A DNA stretch of 64,000 nt, from assembly GCA_049970055.1 (NCBI GenBank), contig JBMFNR010000002.1:244406-308405 (forward strand). Reading direction: 5' to 3'. A program made the translations under genes and the position numbers. Below the pieces are notes generated by a model. It saw only the letters and a list, made by a program, of their open reading frames with translations, was not told the DNA's origin and searched no databases. The stretch comes from Fervidobacterium sp. Its GTDB lineage: Bacteria > Thermotogota > Thermotogae > Thermotogales > Fervidobacteriaceae. The number at the start of each line of letters is the position of its first letter. The stretch's first letter is position 1. Positions 60,276 to 64,000 of this stretch are shown one piece after another.

Positions 60276-62402
60276 ATGAAAAGATCATTACTTCTTGTTA
60301 GTATTGCGCTTGTTTTCCTTTTGGTATTTTCTTGTATGACAAATAGTCCACAAAACACGAAAGTAGGGCTTAGGCCTTTTGAACCAGGTTACAATCCGGA
60401 GAAGGTAGAAATAGCCAAGCCAGATGGTTTCAAAGTTCTGTTTGGTGAACTTAAAGATGGAGAATACACGGAAGGTAAAGTTCTTGTCGGATACGAAGCA
60501 GGTTCAAGAAGTGAAGTTGATAAAATTGTCAAAGCTTTGAAAGGTAAAGTTGTTTTGGAGATTCCAGAAATAAATGTTGTCTCAATATCTTTCAATGGGA
60601 CAGTTAGTAAAGCGTACGAGATCATCAAGAAACTTGATGTTAAAGGTATAAAATACGTTGAACCAAGTTACAAAAGAGAACTCATTGAGCCAACAAGAGT
60701 CGAGAGAAATCCAGAAATTTTCTCAAAGAAAGGAAATGTCTTGCTGCAATCTCGTGATTATGGAGAGGAACTTTCGAACGAACTATGGGGTCTTGAAGCG
60801 ATGGGAGTTAGTGAATCGCTTTGGAACGAAGCATCGGGAACTGGTATTATCGTTGCAGTTGTTGATACAGGTGTAGATGGCACGCATCCAGACCTTGAAG
60901 GGCAAGTTATCGAAGGTTACAGACCTTTTTTGGATAAAGAATTACCTGCTGGAACAGATTCATCGTTTGGTGGATCTCACGGTACACACGTTGCAGGAAC
61001 GATTGCGGCAAGGAAAGATGGCAAAGGTATAGTTGGTGTTGCGCCAAATGCAAAGATAATGCCAATTGTTATATTTGATGATCCAGCAATTGTTGGTGGG
61101 AATGGGTACGTAGGTGATGATTATGTTGCTGCAGGGATTATATGGGCAGTTAATCATGGTGCCAAGGTAATGAACAACTCGTGGGGTGGCTGGGGATACA
61201 GCTACACCATGAAGGCCGCGTTCGATTACGCTCTAAAAAACAATGTAATAATGGTAGTTTCAGCAGGTAATGCACACTCTGATTCTCACCATCAATATCC
61301 AGCGGGTTACCCTGGTGTAATTCAGGTAGCAGCTGCTGAGTACAATGGAGGCAATTACAAAACCGTATGGTTCTCAAGCAGAAGCGATGGAGTAATAGTT
61401 GCAGCACCTGGTGTCGCTATTCTTTCAACTGTTCCAGGAGAAAATAGTATTGGATACGAAGGTCACAATCCAAACGTTCCCGCAACAAACGGTGGTACAT
61501 ATGATTACTATCAAGGCACATCGATGGCGGCACCACATGTGACGGGAACAGTGGCTGTTCTTTTGCAAAAATTCCCATATGCAAAAGCATGGCAGATAAG
61601 GAAATTACTTGAACAAACAGCTATGGACATTGACGATACGGGTTGGGATCACCACTCAGGTTACGGTCTTGTGCAGTTGAATCATGCACTCGCTGGTACT
61701 ATACCAACAACAGGTGGTATAGAAGAATTAAGAATCTTAGTTAAAGATGCCTCCGTCAGTTTTGGTGTTCCGACGGTTTGGGCTCAACTTTTGAGAGATA
61801 ACGGAGCATGTTATTATGCAAAGACGAATGCAAATGGCTACGCAAGTTTCTATCAAATTGATGATATGAATATATCCGAAGATAGCACTAATGTAGTTAT
61901 CGCAGGTCCAGACCACATGGATAGAGCTCTTGCACCAACAAAAGATGGAAGCGTTCCAGGAGGCTGGGCAATTGCGCTAAGAATGGCTGAAGAAAGAAAA
62001 CCGCAAATATTAAATGTAACTTCTGATGGTACAGTTGTTGCTGTGTTAAGTTCTGAATTTAAAGTTGAGTTCAACAATGACCTTGGTAGAAATGCGCTCC
62101 TAATTGTATCAGATCCGATGTTAAATGAAACTTACGGTTATTATACATACCAAAAAGATATGCAGTACGATCTTTCATCATACTCAGGACAAATAACTTT
62201 GGGAATTGTTAAAGTGGTACCAGCAACAACCGACATTACAATCACCGGAACTGCTACATTGAACGGCGTTAAAATTCCAATTTCAGGTGTATTGAAAGCG
62301 GGTAAAACATTCGCTGTTGTGGATGATTACCAAGGTATGAATTTCGGAACGGATAATGAGCCATTATACGCATGGTGGACGGTATTTGGAAAAATACAAT
62401 AA
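60276..62402 (+). CDS. Fervidolysin/islandisin-type keratinolytic subtilase (S8), lipoprotein
   Basis: Lipobox VFSC; RDYGEELSNELWGLEA, VDTG, SHGTHVAG, GTSMAAPH, LRMAEER, WWTVFG, all matching fervidolysin as I recall it. Confidence 0.93.
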   Translation: MKRSLLLVSIALVFLLVFSCMTNSPQNTKVGLRPFEPGYNPEKVEIAKPDGFKVLFGELKDGEYTEGKVLVGYEAGSRSEVDKIVKALKGKVVLEIPEINVVSISFNGTVSKAYEIIKKLDVKGIKYVEPSYKRELIEPTRVERNPEIFSKKGNVLLQSRDYGEELSNELWGLEAMGVSESLWNEASGTGIIVAVVDTGVDGTHPDLEGQVIEGYRPFLDKELPAGTDSSFGGSHGTHVAGTIAARKDGKGIVGVAPNAKIMPIVIFDDPAIVGGNGYVGDDYVAAGIIWAVNHGAKVMNNSWGGWGYSYTMKAAFDYALKNNVIMVVSAGNAHSDSHHQYPAGYPGVIQVAAAEYNGGNYKTVWFSSRSDGVIVAAPGVAILSTVPGENSIGYEGHNPNVPATNGGTYDYYQGTSMAAPHVTGTVAVLLQKFPYAKAWQIRKLLEQTAMDIDDTGWDHHSGYGLVQLNHALAGTIPTTGGIEELRILVKDASVSFGVPTVWAQLLRDNGACYYAKTNANGYASFYQIDDMNISEDSTNVVIAGPDHMDRALAPTKDGSVPGGWAIALRMAEERKPQILNVTSDGTVVAVLSSEFKVEFNNDLGRNALLIVSDPMLNETYGYYTYQKDMQYDLSSYSGQITLGIVKVVPATTDITITGTATLNGVKIPISGVLKAGKTFAVVDDYQGMNFGTDNEPLYAWWTVFGKIQ

Positions 62403-62451
62403 AAATCCAATAGTTACTAAAAGGAACTAAAAACTTAAATAGCAAAGTAGT

Positions 62452-62484
62452 AAAAGCGCCTACCAAACACGGTAGGCGCTTTTT
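62452..62484. terminator. Bidirectional intrinsic terminator between convergent genes
   Basis: AAAAGCGCCTACC-AAACAC-GGTAGGCGCTTTTT. Confidence 0.9.
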
Positions 62485-62497
62485 AATTTGGTGTGTT

Positions 62498-63145
62498 TTA
62501 TTTTTTGACGATATCATTTTGGTTTCTTGGCAGAATCTCAAATGTGCTTTTGTACAGATACATTATGCCGGTGACAGTTACTTTGTCTCCAACTTTTAGA
62601 TCTTTCGTTGATGCATTTGCTTCTTTTCTTAGGTAGATGAGTATGCTAAAGTAGTCCGTCTTAACTGTGAATTGATAGTTTTGAATGTCTGAAATTGTTC
62701 CTTCAACAACTACAAGTGTTGAAAGTAACGAGTTTAATGTTTCGTTGATCTTTTGCTGTGATACAACGCTTACGTTTTCCTTTGCGATCTCTTCAAAAAT
62801 GGTGTTAAGGTTGAATGGTTTAACTTCCGACCTACCTATTATTTCTATTTTATCAGGTAGTATTTCAAGAATTCCATTGTAAACTTTCGTTTTTCCAGTT
62901 AATTTAACTACATCACCAATCTTGAGAGCGGTTAGATTTCCGTAAAGCATTATACCGGCATCCTTATCTTGAATCCAGGAGGTTTTGCTCATGAGTGTGT
63001 TTGGTTCGACAAGAACTACACCGGTAGCTTCAACTGTTTCTCCCTCTTTTAATGTGTAGATCTGCTTGATAGGTACGGAAAATGCTAATGTGGAAAATGT
63101 GGAAAGAAAAACAACCAAAATCATGATACTTAGTGCCTTTTTCAT
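62498..63145 (-). CDS. Exported protein with two OB-fold nucleic-acid-binding domains
   Basis: Signal peptide; IQDKDAGI...LKIGDVVKLTG...YNGILEI and LKVGDKVTVTG...FEILPR. Confidence 0.75.
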   Translation of the reverse strand: MKKALSIMILVVFLSTFSTLAFSVPIKQIYTLKEGETVEATGVVLVEPNTLMSKTSWIQDKDAGIMLYGNLTALKIGDVVKLTGKTKVYNGILEILPDKIEIIGRSEVKPFNLNTIFEEIAKENVSVVSQQKINETLNSLLSTLVVVEGTISDIQNYQFTVKTDYFSILIYLRKEANASTKDLKVGDKVTVTGIMYLYKSTFEILPRNQNDIVKK

Positions 63146-63183
63146 ACCATCTGTCCCTCCCTATATGTCCTTGTTTGTTTTGC

Positions 63184-63957
63184 TTAATTCACCGGCACAA
63201 TTTCGAAAGGTGCCCTCAGCATGATTGTTGGTTGACCATTATCATTCCACAGCTCCCCATAGAATCTGACGGTTTTATCTTTCAGGTTAAAAAGGTTATA
63301 GTTTTTAAATAAATAATTGTACTCTTCATCACGTATTTTAACCTTTGCAAAGTTCGAATTAATCTCCCAGATGCCTGGAGATTTTTTAACTTCCTTTACG
63401 AACATCTCAAGCCATACGATTTTCCCAACATAATTTGTCCAATTTGAAGTCAAGGAGTTGATAGTTGGCGCACTGTTCCATTTGGAGAATATTCCCTGCC
63501 GTTTCTCATATGCTCTCACGTAGGCGTTTATAATCTGGTCTGAATATGCTTTGACGTATACATCTGTGTAAATCAGTGGTCTTGCATATCCAAGCTCGGT
63601 GACGGATGCTTCATATAGGTACTTGTGCCCTGCAGAATCGTTACCAAAGACGTACGCAAGTTTTCTGCCGTAGTTATCTTGCCCTTTAACTTCGTAAGAT
63701 ATTGTAAGGTTTTCTACAAACCATTTTAGAAAGCCTTTTGCCTCTTGCCCATATTCACCGACAGGTTTCGATGAACCTGCGTATGTTTCGGGTGTGTCTA
63801 TGCCTATGATTCTTACATGGATCCCATTAATTTTTAGAGTATCGCCATCAGTTACTTCGATGTAGCCGGCTATTTGTTGTACGCTTTGGCAAGAATATAG
63901 TATAATAAATAATACCATTAAGAGAATTAGAAGTCGTAGATATGGACTTTTTTTCAT
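63184..63957 (-). CDS. Thermonuclease (SNase) family lipoprotein with a C-terminal OB-like domain
   Basis: Lipobox LYSC; DGDT, RIIGIDTPE, DNYGRKLAYV, LGYAR. Confidence 0.9.
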   Translation of the reverse strand: MKKSPYLRLLILLMVLFIILYSCQSVQQIAGYIEVTDGDTLKINGIHVRIIGIDTPETYAGSSKPVGEYGQEAKGFLKWFVENLTISYEVKGQDNYGRKLAYVFGNDSAGHKYLYEASVTELGYARPLIYTDVYVKAYSDQIINAYVRAYEKRQGIFSKWNSAPTINSLTSNWTNYVGKIVWLEMFVKEVKKSPGIWEINSNFAKVKIRDEEYNYLFKNYNLFNLKDKTVRFYGELWNDNGQPTIMLRAPFEIVPVN

Positions 63958-64000
63958 CGCTTTTGATACCTCCAATATGTTCAACGTGAGTTAATGTGCT

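Noticed and set aside
1..64000. CRISPR array, IS element, prophage or rRNA
   Set aside because: I saw no repeat-spacer periodicity, transposase, phage structural gene or rRNA-like stretch

Overview
AT-rich chromosomal window from a Thermotogota bacterium, very probably Fervidobacterium (inferred from a near-complete fervidolysin ortholog and Thermotoga-like gene order). 1-12.4 kb is the S10-spc-alpha ribosomal protein superoperon (rpsS end to rplQ, with secY, adk, map, infA, rpoA). Next come tig-clpP-yebC-hyp-cheR-lspA-rluD, two HD-GYP genes around tRNA-Pro(CGG), a coiled-coil envelope protein, and a uraA-purKECSQL operon behind a PyrR-type RNA site. A long minus-strand operon follows (PP-loop ATPase, rnc, xer, rel, dtd, queH, anti-sigma, DUF212, lytic transglycosylase, ABC ATPase), then fhs, gdhA, an ABC exporter and a GGDEF gene. 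The 45-64 kb part is the most interesting. It holds two paralogous modules, each pairing an S8 protease lipoprotein with an uncharacterised partner lipoprotein, in swapped gene order. It also holds a three-gene minor pilin/ComZ-like cassette, a GGDEF gene with a sigma28-like promoter, a collapsed type III restriction-modification fossil, an HD hydrolase, minC, two M42 aminopeptidases, and an exported SNase plus OB-fold pair. Other signals are a probable CTG start for infA, a Rex-like box before gdhA, and a 239-nt lspA/rluD overlap. No CRISPR array, rRNA or intact mobile element was seen. All family calls come from motif recognition; no database search was run.
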